DNA of 64,000 nt, taken from NCBI GenBank assembly GCA_028534125.1, contig CM052816.1, positions 14,634,001 to 14,698,000 on the forward strand, written 5' to 3'. Source of the stretch: Lama glama (lineage: Eukaryota). The first letter of the stretch is position 1; every line of letters starts with the position of its first letter. Positions 1 to 12,499 of the stretch are shown here, piece after piece. The position numbers and the translations under genes were made by a program. The notes below the pieces were generated by a model. That model did not search any database, was not told the origin of the DNA, and worked only from the letters and a program-made list of their open reading frames with translations.

Positions 1-139
1 AAGACAGAGCCCAAACTCAGACGTTCTACCTGTAAGAAGGATGCCCTTTGGATCCACCTTCTAATAAACATCTAAGTCTGTTCTCCTCCCCTTTGCCTTC
101 TCACAGCCCCTACACCGCTACCTATACAGTAGATAATGA

Positions 140-330
140 TAACAGATGACATTTATTGAGTGCTTGCTTTGGGCCAGGCACAGGACTAAGACTTTACATG
201 CACCAACTCATTGTATCCTCTCCACACATCTATGAGACAAACATGCTTATTATCTCCATTTTACAAGTGAGGTAACTGTGGCTCTCAGAGGTTAAGTCAA
301 CTCCCCAGGGTCAAAAGTCCTTGGATGCTA
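140..330 (-). mobile_element. MIR SINE
   Basis: ACATTTATTGAGTGCTT...CCATTTTACAAGTGAGGTAACTGTGGCTCTCAGAGGTTAAGT core. Confidence 0.7.
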
Positions 331-847
331 AACTAACAGCTGATGAACTGGACTGATGACATTGGCAGTAACCTGTGCCTGTGTTCACCAGTCCAGGGCT
401 CCCAGCACTCCACCAGGCACAGAGAGGACCATTGGCTCAATCAGTGAGCAGACCCTCAGCCCACTTTCAGGCCAGAGAGGAAGGTCTCCCTCCTCTCCTG
501 CAGAGCTTCCCGCTCCTCATTCATCTCCCCCTCACACCCTTAATAAAAGCCTTGAGAGTGACCGATTGAAGGGTGTGATTTCCTCCGGAGAGCAGCATCA
601 TTTACATGGGAACATTCAAACAGGAACAGAATTCTTCCGCGAGGGCATGGGCTTCAGAAAACAGCTGTGGATGGAGAGTCGTTGTTGGGGAGGAGGGGGT
701 TGCCCAGGGAGAGGGAACGATCCTTTATTTATTTATTTCCGTCTCAGTGCCTTCACCTTTCATTTAAACAGCCTCCGGATGTAGGTGCAATCAAACATTC
801 ATTAGACAAGCAAAGTACATTTAAAAAAAAAACCCAACAACGCCCAA

Positions 848-860
848 ACACACACACGCG

Positions 861-891
<31 letters not shown>

Positions 892-896
892 GCACA
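848..896. repeat. Compound (CA)n(CG)n(CA)n microsatellite
   Basis: Unbroken alternating purine-pyrimidine run of ~49 bp with a CG core. Confidence 0.9.
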
Positions 897-939
897 GCAA
901 TAATCAATCTGCGAAATGAAACCAGTCCTTCAGGCGAGA

Positions 940-1750
940 AAAGCAGGCTGTGCGCCTCCGCACAGTGTTCCCAGGGCCCTGCGTCCACCCCTGGCGACTG
1001 TGGCTCCCTTCCTGGCTGCGCGCCCGCCAGGGGTCCTTTAGCTGTGCGCGACGAAGCTGTGACCCCGGGATCTGGCACCCGCGTGCTGCAGGGCCTGCGG
1101 AGCAGTCCGTACCCGACCACCCCACACTCTCCCTCCACCCCCGCCAGCCGGTACGACACAAGCGGGTCCTTCTCGGTGCTCCCACACCCTGCCTCGGCAG
1201 GTTTGCCCACCGGTCTCAAGTGCACAGAGTTCTCGCTTGCATCTGTTCGCACATCCTGACTCGACGCTCGGAATTGGCCCGGGGGGTCGTCTGCACAGGG
1301 CAGCGGGCATTTCCCCAAAGCCTGGTGGTTGAGGGGGTGGGCACTTGTCCAGCGACGTCGGCTCGCCTCCCCTCAATCACGACCGCCTTCCCGGAGGAGG
1401 GGACGGCCGCGGAGCCGAGAACGGGGCAAGAAAGTGGCTCGACAGATGGGGAGTGGGAGGTTCTTCCCAGCATATGGGGCCGCGTAGGCGGAAGGAGTCT
1501 GGGCCGGGCGTGGGGGAGGGGGCACAGGGCTGCGGAGACGGTCCTTGGAGCCGGGACGCGCGCCGGAGTCGGGGTGGGCGTGTGAACGGGACGGATAGGG
1601 GAGGAGGTAACCCCCCAAAACTGGGGGCGGGAGAGTGGGGGCGGCTTTGGATGCGCTCACCCCCGAGCCTGCGGAGCGCGCAGCACGCCGAGCGCCTTGC
1701 GCAAGGGCGCCCCCTGATGGCTCCTCTCGCGTCAGACACGGTTTCCATTT
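940..1750. promoter_or_regulatory. Orphan CpG island
   Basis: CpG density far above the flanks; GC box GGGGCGGG near 1624; no recognisable coding exon nearby. Confidence 0.7.
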
Positions 1751-4700
1751 TCTTCCCTAATCAGTTTACAAAATCATGGAGAGCTTACTAAAAGCCAGGC
1801 GCTTGGCTGAGATCTTTGGAGGATACTACCGTGACCATTTTTCAGCTAAGGGAATGGAGGCCCAGAGAGGTTATACCGCTAGACGTGGGTGGCAAAAGCC
1901 AGGATTCCAACCCATGCATTCATTCACTTCACAGTTGAGAAATCCCTACTGTGTGCTGAGGGCTGGGGTAACTGCAGTGTACCGAAGACCCACAGGTTCC
2001 CGGCCTCGAGGGGCTTATGGTCTAGGTGAGGAGACAGACAGCACACAAGTAAACAAATAAATGAGCAAAATAATTTCAGTGCTGTGGAGGAAATAAACAC
2101 GGGTGTGGAACTAGGCAGCAACTGCTCTCGGTTTCCCCCAGCCTGCCTCCCCCTCACTGCTCCCTCAGGGACTGGGATTTGTCAGCCTTCGCTTCAAGGC
2201 AGGCAGCAAAGGAAGGTGGATCTGGGGGTGAGACTAAGGTGTGTGTGGGGTGCAGATTCCTGAGACCAGGAGCTGCTCCCATCCTTGGCACCCCCTCCCG
2301 CGTGTCACCACCAGCACCTGCAGCCCCAGGCTTTCCCACTGTGGCCAACAGTCTGAATTATTTCCTCATCTCAGCCCGATGAGTTTTTAATCTGTCTTTA
2401 TACAGAAGCCTGGCTGCCTGCTCGAGGATTATTACTGAGTTCTCTGCACATCGATCCTGCCTCCCCTGGCTGTTCTGACCAAGTGAGGCTCTGAGAGGGA
2501 GGCGGGAGGAGTCTCTGCTCTGGAAAGATTGAGGTAAGCACCAGTGCTTGCTGTGGACAGGGGCCTGCAGCATTCAGGCAACAGATGCTCAGGATTTCAG
2601 GAGCACAGCCCTGCAAGGCGGGGTGCAGCCGGGGTATAGGGGTATGGGTAAGAAGGGGCAAAGTTCACCATTTGAGCTCAGGAGATGGGGCTGTTTCTAG
2701 CAGTACCAGGTTACTGGTCTCTTGGCAGCTTTGCAGCTCCATGGGAAGAGATGAAAAGAGGCAGGAGAGGCTGAGATGGCCTGGGACAAGGACAAGGAGG
2801 TCAAGGGAACAGGGGTCTGGTCCCACCTCTGCTATTTACAAGCTGTGTGCCCTTGGGCAATTATTTTTCTGTAAAATGGAGGTGGTGACAGGATATTTAA
2901 TGAGGTGGTGTATGCACACGGTATTCACACAGTAAACACTCAGTCGTGTCAGTTATGGTTATTAATATCATTATCTGTAAAATGGGAGTAGGAGTGCTGG
3001 CTCTGCTTCCTGGACAGATCTCTTGTGAAACTCAAATGGACAGAGGCACCAGGCCCACGTGAGGACTCTTGTTAATACACGGCCAGCTCACTGACGCTAA
3101 TAAAGGTGTGAGGAGGCGTGAGGCAGACACACATATTCAGTCGCTCCTGCATTGGGTCAGTGACAGACACATTCAGTCTGACAGCTCCTTAGACATACAG
3201 CCTGGATACACCCTCCCCTGCCTTCATTCTCAGCCTGATGTCACACAATGTGAGACAGAATCTCCCACACTCAACTTTGCTTCTGCCCTGGTGCCAGTGG
3301 GTCCTTGAGAGGGGACTTTCAAACACACAAATCTGAGCATCTGATTTGTTGTCCTGGGGTGACCCTCCAGTGCCCTCCATGGCCTGGGTGTGTCTTCTGT
3401 TCCCACCTTGTCGCTCACCTGTCCTGTTCCTTGCACTCCCAGCTCCCTGGGGCTCCTGTAAACATACTTGGCCCCTCTTGTCTCTGCCCTCACACATGCA
3501 GTTCCTTCTTCCTGGGACACTTTTCCATTCAAACTCTAACTTGGTCTATTGGTTTTTCAAAAGTGGATGATCAGTAAATATTTGTTGAATTGAATCCAGT
3601 CCATCCTGGCTGACTCCTTCCAGCCGCAGCTCAAACCTCACTTCTCAGGAAAAGCCTTCCAGCTGCAGAGGCTGCATGGAGCCTCTTGTTTCCCCTACAT
3701 AAACCACCTGTACTTCCCCTGGGAAATGGACATGTTTGGCATCTGTCTCCTTTGTTAGACTAAACTCCACAAGGGCAGGGACAGCTCTTTCTTGTTTACT
3801 GTTCTGTCTTCAGTTACCCAGCATGTAGTAGGTGCTCAAGAAATATTTTGAAAGAGTATATACTTGGATGGATAGTACCAGGATTCCACACGTTTCTGTT
3901 TTAGTCCCTCCCACTGACCCTCCTTCCTCATCTTCAGAGGAAGGACCTCTGATCTTTCCTCTCCAACCCCTCTTCCTTCCATCTCCTTCCTCCATAGCAC
4001 TTCCAGGCCACGCCTTGGCTCCTGGGGACACCCCTCTGGCTGGGCCCTTTCACCTTTGGTTTGCCCCTCCCTGATGAAGAGTAGGGTCTGCTCTGAGCTC
4101 CTGAGGGCAGGCCTGGCCCTGGGCGCCCAGGGCTCGGCCCCCTTCCTCCCTCCAAAGAACACAGCTCTGAGTCTGCAGACACTGTAAAGCTGGGCGCCCC
4201 TCTCCCCTCACCAGCCAGCCCAGCCTAGCAAATGCCGAGTCATTGCCGGCTGCTGCCCATTTCCAGCTCCTCCAGCCTGAGGAGCTGCCAGGAGCAAACC
4301 AGGAAGAGCTGCCCCTGGCAGCATCTGAAGCACTGCACACCAGAAGCCAAGGAATTTCTGCTCCCTTCCCGCAGACTCCCACCTCTGCGAGGGTGGATGG
4401 AGACCCAAGGCCGGGGAGGGGGATCCACCAGTGCTGTCGCATCTCAGTGCCACCTCTCCACTCCACCCTCCACTGCCAGTGGCCTCTGGACGCACGCTGA
4501 CAACCCAGCCTCAGTTTCTCCACAGGGCCCTGCCCTTTAAGGGGCGACCAAGGGAACATTCGCAGGGCTACACCAAAGCTTCGGTGCCTGTGAATGCTGA
4601 CTAATAATTAAGCGCCTACAAACTGCCTGCAGATAAGCGTAATCCCTTGCATTTATCAGCCCTGCATGAATTTCAAAGCCTTTTCACGTATATTATCTCG

Positions 4701-7700
4701 TATGATCTCCCACAATAATCCTATTGAGTAGTTACTGGGAAGAAAATGAATGTCCTTATTTTGTAGAGGAGAAAACCAAGACTCAGAGAGGGAAGAATAT
4801 TGTCTGAGGTCACACAGCCTGTGCGGGCCAGAGCCGGGCCCAGGATATGGGTTTCTGATAGTCCATGGCTCTTAATTATCCTTGCCCGGGATCCTGGAAT
4901 AGCCTCCACAGCACAAACCCTTTCTGCTCTTCTGCCCAATCCGGGCTCTCGATGGCTGCAGCAACACCAGCAAATCGCTGTTGGCCACACACATACACAA
5001 CTTGAATGATGGTATCATTTAACTTCCAATGCCACCTTATTAGCCCTCATGATGCAGATGAGGTGGCCAAAGCTCAGAGAAGTAATGGCCTGGAGTTACA
5101 CAGGCTCTTCAGATCCAGGCCATGATGCTGGTCTGTTTGAACAATCTGACTTTAACGCCTACTCTTAGGCTCTCCATGGCTTAACTGAGGCTCCTTCTCA
5201 GACCCCAAACCTCCAGAACCTTTTCCTTGAAGTCAGGGACTGATAGAGATCTCCCTCTTCCATGGCTCCCTGCACTCCCAGCTCACTCATTCACTCACAC
5301 ATTCATTTGACAAACTTTCACTGAGGCCTTCCTCTGTGCCCAGTGAGATAAGTACCACAGTGGACAGTCTGGGCAATCTCCTGCTCTGGAAGAGCTAGCC
5401 CAGGCTGGGGGAACCTGGGAAGGCTTCCTGGAGGAAAGGGCACCCAAGATAATCTTGAAAGATGAGTAGGGGGAAGGCAGCAGAGAAAGAAGGGAGCATG
5501 TTCCAAGCAGAAAGAGCCAGAGGCAAGAGAGAACGACACCTTGTCAGAGATGCCATAAATGCGACAGTTTGCTGGAGGAGAAAAGAGAGATGAAGCTTGG
5601 GCAGTGCTGGAGAGGGGTGTGTGGCCTGGTCATGAGCCAGTCAGGTCTATGTTAAGATGCTGTGGAGGCTGTGTGGAGGATGGGACTGGCACTGGGGACA
5701 TTGTGTTCCCAGTCACTTCTTGTCCTGGACCCTTGCAGCCAGCCTTGCAGGCTGCGGGGATGTGGGTAGGGGCCTCCGGGGCACTCTTGGCCGAGCTTGG
5801 GGGAGAATTTGAGGCTGGGGGTCAGGGGCAGTTTGTGTATGGGATAAGATGTGAGAGCCAAAGCTTCCCCTCACTGGTCCCCAGTGAGATACCTCTTTAA
5901 GCGCAAGCAGAAGGAAGCTCTTCTAGATAATGGAAACATCATCTGCAAAGGCCCAGAGGCAAAAGAGAGCAAGACCAGCTACGGAGCTAGAGATGATCAG
6001 TATGGCTGAAGCAGGGTGGGGGTGGGGGTCTGGGCTGAGTGGAACCGCGACTACGCAGTAGGACTGAACTCAGTCCTTAATGGGCCAGAGTCCAGGGGCT
6101 CTGCCGATGGTACATCTGTGTTCAAATCCCAGCTCCTACCACCCATGTGTCCTTAGGCAAATTACATCATTTCTCTGATTCTCAATTTTCTCTGTAAAAT
6201 GGGATTGTTCTGAGGATCATACAAAAGAATACACAAAACATATAATAAACATAATTTACGCATATAATACTCAATAAATGCAATCTGTGTTATTATCGCT
6301 GTCATTAATATTACCATTACTAACAGTTTTGCAGTGAGAAATCCGAAGTGGAGTACCACTTTGGAAAGGAGGCATCTCATTTTAAAAAGTAAAAACAAGC
6401 TGCAGTGTGTGCCTATCTGTAATCTCCACATTCACAGATATGTGTGAAATCTCATCTGCAACTGTTTTCTCAGGGTGTCATCCCGTCCCAAGTCAAATGA
6501 TGATGTTGGATGTTGGATGCTGTTGCAGGAATAATAGGGGCATCACAGCAACTGGCAACAGACTCGGGGCTGGGAGCGGGTGCAGGGGAGGGGGGGCCTC
6601 TCTCAGTCCCCAGAGGGGCGACAAGCTGTACGTTTCTGAGCTGGGATGGTGGGGGACACTGGGAGTGACTCTACCTGACCCACTTAGGATGAGTTTAGAT
6701 CAGCTGTGTTTTTCTGGAGTGAATGCTGTGAGCAGAGTCTGGCACAGAGCCCCTGCCTCCAGAAGTTTACTATCTTCTAGAGTTATGAATTAATCTTGTA
6801 GATTAATCTCAGGGATTGAGCTTTTCAGGTTTAACCATGTTGGACACATAGCTCCAACATGGTCAGACAGGTGAGCAAGGACCAACAAGGCTACGTTCCA
6901 GAGTCCTACCTGGTTGGAATCCCGACTCCATCTGTGTGACTATGGGCCTTAGACAAGCTACTTCTCTGGGTTTTGGTTTCCTTGCCTATACAACTGAGCT
7001 GATAATTAGACCTACCTCAAGGGTTGTGTTAAGATTCAAAGAAATAATGCACGTAGGCTGCTGGACATTGGGGCCTGCCACGTGATCAGGGCTCAATAAC
7101 TAGTAGTGGTCGTTGCTGATATGATGTGGCCAATGGTCACATGGTGTGCTTCTCTTTCTGGGAAGCCAGATGACTAATCTCGCAGCTCCAGGTAGGCTGC
7201 CCCTGGAAAGGGCCAAGAGGCAGGGGTCCTCTGCCTATGGATGACAGATAATCTCAACCAGACTACTGTCCCCTTAAGAAATGGCAGGTGGGGAGAGGGG
7301 TCCAGGCCCAGAAAGCCCACTGTGCCTTTGAAGGGACAGGGACCTCTTATTGCAACTGGGGAACAAACTGGGCCTTGGCCTCAGCTGTGAGAACAGCAAA
7401 GGAGGTCAGATCAGCCACAGGGCTGGCTGAATGAGGACCCCTGACCAGCACACAGGGTGTGGAGCCTGGGGCAGGGCGAGGTCTGTGTTGGGAATGCTGG
7501 TCTACCGTCTTGGTGGAGGCAGGGAACAAGGTCAATCATTTTGCAGGCCTTCTGAAATTCAGAAACATGAAGTTTTAAAAAACAGCACACACAGAAAGAA
7601 ATGGTTTTTTGCAGCTGTTTTGGCATTTGGGGAGTAATTTACCAACTTGGAGTTCAACTTAATGATGTTGGGGGTAGGCAGCTTCCATGGGAGTTCTACT

Positions 7701-10700
7701 TCCTAGCAATCTGTGTTCGCCCAGCCGGCAAAGAGGGCTGAGCGGGTGGTCGGTGGGGAGCATTAACAGTAACACGTTGTGTATTTGTCATTGGAATGGA
7801 GCCCCCCGGGCACAGGGGTAGTGCCCACGGCTGCTCAATGGTGCATTTGTCATGTGGCCACTGACACAATCAATTGACCCCCTTACACACCGGTGTTTAC
7901 TAGCCATTGTATAAATATTTCACCCCTCCCCGGCTGACACATAATCTCTTCTTTGCTGCCTCTGACAAATGAACATTTCTCTGTAGACTCTTAAATGAGT
8001 ATGTGTCACAGCTATGTCACTGATTAATTTTTTTTACCACCACGAACAACGATGCATAGAAATGTAACTTATATTCATTTCCCGGCTTGAGCCCAGCTGT
8101 CTAAAAAATTCCACCAGCAGCTCCGACTGACAGACAGCTATCCCAGCACTTGGGTGCGCTGACATGTGGTTGTGTGAGCGCCAGCTTGTTAATTACAGGC
8201 TTTCGCTTCCGGCCTGGCTGCCGAGTAACCAGCCACAAGGACTTTACTCACTGCTGAGTCCTGGAAGGGCCTGCTTCAGAAGGCCCCGGGGGCTGGCTCC
8301 CCAACCCAGCCTAACACACACAAGTTTTCCTCCAAGCGTTGGCCACTTTTTCCTCTGGGCCTTGCTTTGGGGATGCCCCTAAGGTCACCCAGGTAACACT
8401 CACTGCCACCTTGAGCTCTACCCACTGATCTGTGAGATCATGAGGGCAGGGACTGGGTCTTATTTTCTAAGCACGGGGTGGATGCTCCAGAAATGTTTGC
8501 TGACATTAAGTCAGCCATGGTGTAATTACTGAGCAATGCACCTGTATTGACATTTATTGTTCACGTCTTCTTTTCAATATATATTCTTGGAGCCCCTACC
8601 AAGCAGGCCTATAGACCTGGGGCCAGAGGAAAAGGTGACCATTGCTTAGAGAAAAAAATGGAATGTGTGGTTAGAAAAAAATAGAGTGGGTGGGAAGACA
8701 GCCCCGGGAGCCTTCATAAGCTACCATTCCTGGGCCCAACAGCGATTACGGTACTTGCGGATGGCTACCTGGCTGCTGGGCCAAAATGAAGTTCAGGTTC
8801 TAGGGGTGGAGGACTAGAGGTTCTCAGGGTAGGCGCTATTTGTACCCTGGTTTGCAGCTGACGAAACTAAATGACAGTTCTTGCCAACCCCAGAGCCAAC
8901 ACACCTAACCATTCTCTGTCAGTCGCCCCACCCCCACCACCTTCCTCCCCGCCCCCACCCCGTCTGCCTTAGTTTCTCCTGCACCACAGCTCACCTTCCC
9001 TCCTGTCCTTTCCTCTCCTTCACACTTTCCTCTTCCTGGCAGATTCTCCAGTCACCTTGGGCTTCAGAGCCGACTCAGCATCCCTGCCCCCACCCCGACC
9101 CCGTCCATCTGCTGCTTCCCCCTCCCACACACCCACCCACTGGCACAGGACTGAGCCTTCAGCAGGTGTCTAGGCTGCTCCCACCCCACCCCCTACCTCC
9201 ATGCATCTGTGTCCCAGGCACCTGTGTCCCTTCTCTGATGTCATGTAACCACTGGCTGGGATCCAAGTGCACGACACCTGGGGACACTTCCGGTAGATTA
9301 ACTAGCTCACACCACTCCACCACCGACAAGGCTCTCAAGAGACTGACCTGAGAAGTAGAGATCCCTCCCCTGGCACACCCAGGGAACTGATACTGCCTAA
9401 TGTCGTGTCCCTGGAGGCCGCACAAATCAGTCAAAACCACTGATGTGTGTCGCAACGTAGAGAGCGTGGGATGGGAGATAGTCTGAATCTATTTCTCTAT
9501 TTACCCACTGTGTGTCCTTCGGCAAGTCAGCCAGTTTCTTCTTGTCTTGGACACTGGGGATGCTGGTACCTCTTTCACAGGGCTGTTGTGAGCAGCACCA
9601 GGCATGGTGCCTAGCACACAGTAGGTATGCAGAAAGAGGCAGTGTCTTTCAATGAAAGGACTTTAAAGACTGGGTCCCATCTTGACCAGTCATCTCCCAG
9701 TCAGAGAAAAAGAGCTGGTTGAACCCGACTCCTGAGACACACACGTGCCTGCTGATTCCCAGCCCACACGGACCCAGGAGGTGTCCCTCTGAGACCCTGC
9801 GTTCCAGGCGGCGCTGCCGTATTCTTCCTGGGCCTGAGTGGTGTGGGAATGAGATGGACGTGCTGGGGTGGAGCTGCCCAGAGGATCTGCTCTCACTTTC
9901 TATAAGCAAAATCCAAAAGGACAGCCATATATGAACATTCAGTCCTGGCAACACTGAATGAAGGACGTGTTTAGGTGCATTATCTCATCGAAAAATACCC
10001 CAAACCCTCTGAGTTAGATATGACTGACCTCGTCTACTGGTAAAGCAATTGCGACAAAAAAAAAAGAGGTTAAGGAAACTATAGAAGGTCACACAGAGCC
10101 AGGGCTCACTTGAACTTGGATCTAGCTCCTTCCCAATTAAGGGCCCTTAACCACCGTACGCCACCTCCCTCAGATCTCCTTTCCCACTACCCTCACCAAG
10201 CACGCTCCAGGGAGCAGGCACCACCTGCTCTATGACGTCATCCAGGGCCTGCACTATGACGTCAGAGCCCCAGTGGGCTTGCCCTGCCCACCTTTGCAGA
10301 CTCAGTGGAGCTGAAGGCAAGGTCAGGGGAAGAAGCCCAGATGAGGCAGTCCTGGGTCAGAACCAGAGTGGCAGCAGGTCTGGGAAGGAGGCTGATGTAA
10401 GAACAGGGCCCAGACCACTGACCCTTCACTTGGAGGCTTGGCCCCATCCGCCATACATTTCCTTGTTCAAAATGGAGCATGGAGCCCCGGAAATCAGGAC
10501 AAAAGCACCACCCACAGCTCTGGTCTCGATGACTCAGATTCCACCTCCTACAGCCTCCTCCTGTGTGTGTTTCTGAATGTGCGTGTACCCGAGCATGCGC
10601 CCCACCAGTGCAAGAGGCTGTCAGCTGTGCGTGCGCGTGTGTGCACATGCACACACAGGGATGAGTCCACATGCGTACCTGTGTCCATCTGCAGACTTGT

Positions 10701-11705
10701 CTCCAAGCCCGAGCCTGCAGAAGGTGACAACCGGCAGGATCAGTGATAATCATAATGTTAATAGCCAACACACTTCCTATGTTCAAAGGCCCTGTGCTAA
10801 GAACGTTACACATAACACCGTTTGGCATCTTTACAACAACTTTACGAGGTGAATACTACCATGATTCCCATTCTCCTGATGATGAAACTGAGGCTCAAAG
10901 AAGTTAAACTGTTTTTCCAAGGCCACACAGCCAGTAAAAGTTATATTTTTCAGATGTCAAAGCCTCTGCCCAATAAGATGTACTTTCCTCTTTGCCCCCT
11001 CTAGGGGGTTTGGGAGAAGACTTCAAGGGTCCTTTGTAACCAGAAACCAGCCAGGATCCCTGATGGAAAGGGGGCCAGAAGCCAGTCTTGTCCTCCAAGA
11101 AGGGGGCAAATAGCAGATAGAAGTCTGAGCAGGAGGGGGCAGGGCAGCTGTCTCTGAGAACAGGTGTCAGAGAAGCTGTGACAGCCACTTAGAACCACAG
11201 TGGCAAGCCTCCTTTACATGCCTATTTGCATATATTTGCATGTATTTGCATCACCAAATCTGTGGAAGCGGCCTTAATGGTCCCTGCCTCCGAAGACTGG
11301 CAGAAGCTAAGAGGGTGGGAGTGACAGGGAGGGCCTGGGGAATTGGGGAAGGGAAGAAGGGAAGAGGCAGGGCTGTGGAGGCACTGGGAGATACTGGGCA
11401 CTGCTAACAGTTTCTAGGGGAAAGCAGGAAGATCCTCTCCTCTGTGCCCTGGGAAGCCACCTTGCCCTGAGTCCATCCCCTGAGGGCAACAGGGAAGGAG
11501 GTGGGAGATTCAGAAATCACGGAGAGTGGAGGAGGGTGTGGCACTCGAGTCAGTGGGCGGCGCTTGAGAGGAGGGCCGAGGCTCAGGCCAGGGTCGGGAA
11601 CCCCTCGCCCCGAGTCCTGGGAAGGGAACAGGGGAGGGCCTTGTACCGCGTCTCTCCGCTAGGCGGCTGCCCACTCAGTCGCTGGAGCTTAGTGGCTCGG
11701 TGTTG

Positions 11706-11724
11706 GGGCGCCATCTAGTGGACA
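11706..11724 (-). promoter_or_regulatory. CTCF binding motif
   Basis: Minus strand reads TGTCCACTAGATGGCGCCC, matching the core CCASYAGRKGGCRS; sits in a small CpG-retaining patch (11540-11900). Confidence 0.7.
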
Positions 11725-12499
11725 TATGTGGGAAGTGCCCCCTTTCTGCCCGCTCCGGCGCAGCCCCTTCCTCTGGCCGCCTGAAAAAATGGGTGTCGGC
11801 TTCGCCCCTGAGGAGGAAGCGCACGGTGGAACCTGGTCCTTGCAGCCCGCCGTCTGAACGGGCCTGGGAATTGTGACTGTCCGGAGGTTCACCAGCAGGG
11901 AGAGTTCTGCGGGGCTCAGGCCATGCCAAGATGGGCTACTATAGCTAAATGATGAAGTGCTTAGGCCTTAAAGTCAGAAAAACATGGCTGTGCCCGTTAC
12001 TAACATTGTCACTTTGGCAAATTAACCTCTAAATCAGTTTCTCCATCCGTCAAAGGAGGGTGATAATAGTTATTTGTAGGAAAGAATATACCTTAAGAGC
12101 TTATTAGTAGGACAGGATTAGGGAAAAGCAAATGGGGCGCAAAATTTAGGGTCTTGGGACTTCCAGGGCACTGAGACACCTCCTCAGTTTTTGTCCTTGA
12201 CTCCTCATTCAGCACTGCTTATTAGCACGTTACCTGGCACCGGAGTAGCTATTGTCGATGCTGTCATATTGTTACTACTGTGAGGATGCTAAAGCCTTTG
12301 GAAGGCAGCCCTACCCTCGAGGCACAGAAGGAAGTAGCACCCCAGCTCCCATTTGGCCGGGTCTGGCAAGGCTTTGAAGCGAAACTGGAGGCCAGAAAGG
12401 TGAGGTGTCACTTCCCAGTGAGTTAGGTTCAGAGAGGAAGTCACAGGCAAATAGGAGTGGAGGGGGACATTGGGTCACAAACCTTGTGTGGCTTCTCAG

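Noticed and set aside
950..1585. 211-aa ORF and overlapping ORFs on both strands
   Set aside because: Non-ATG start, low-complexity Arg/Pro/Gly content and no recognisable domain; stop-poor frames are expected in a CpG island.
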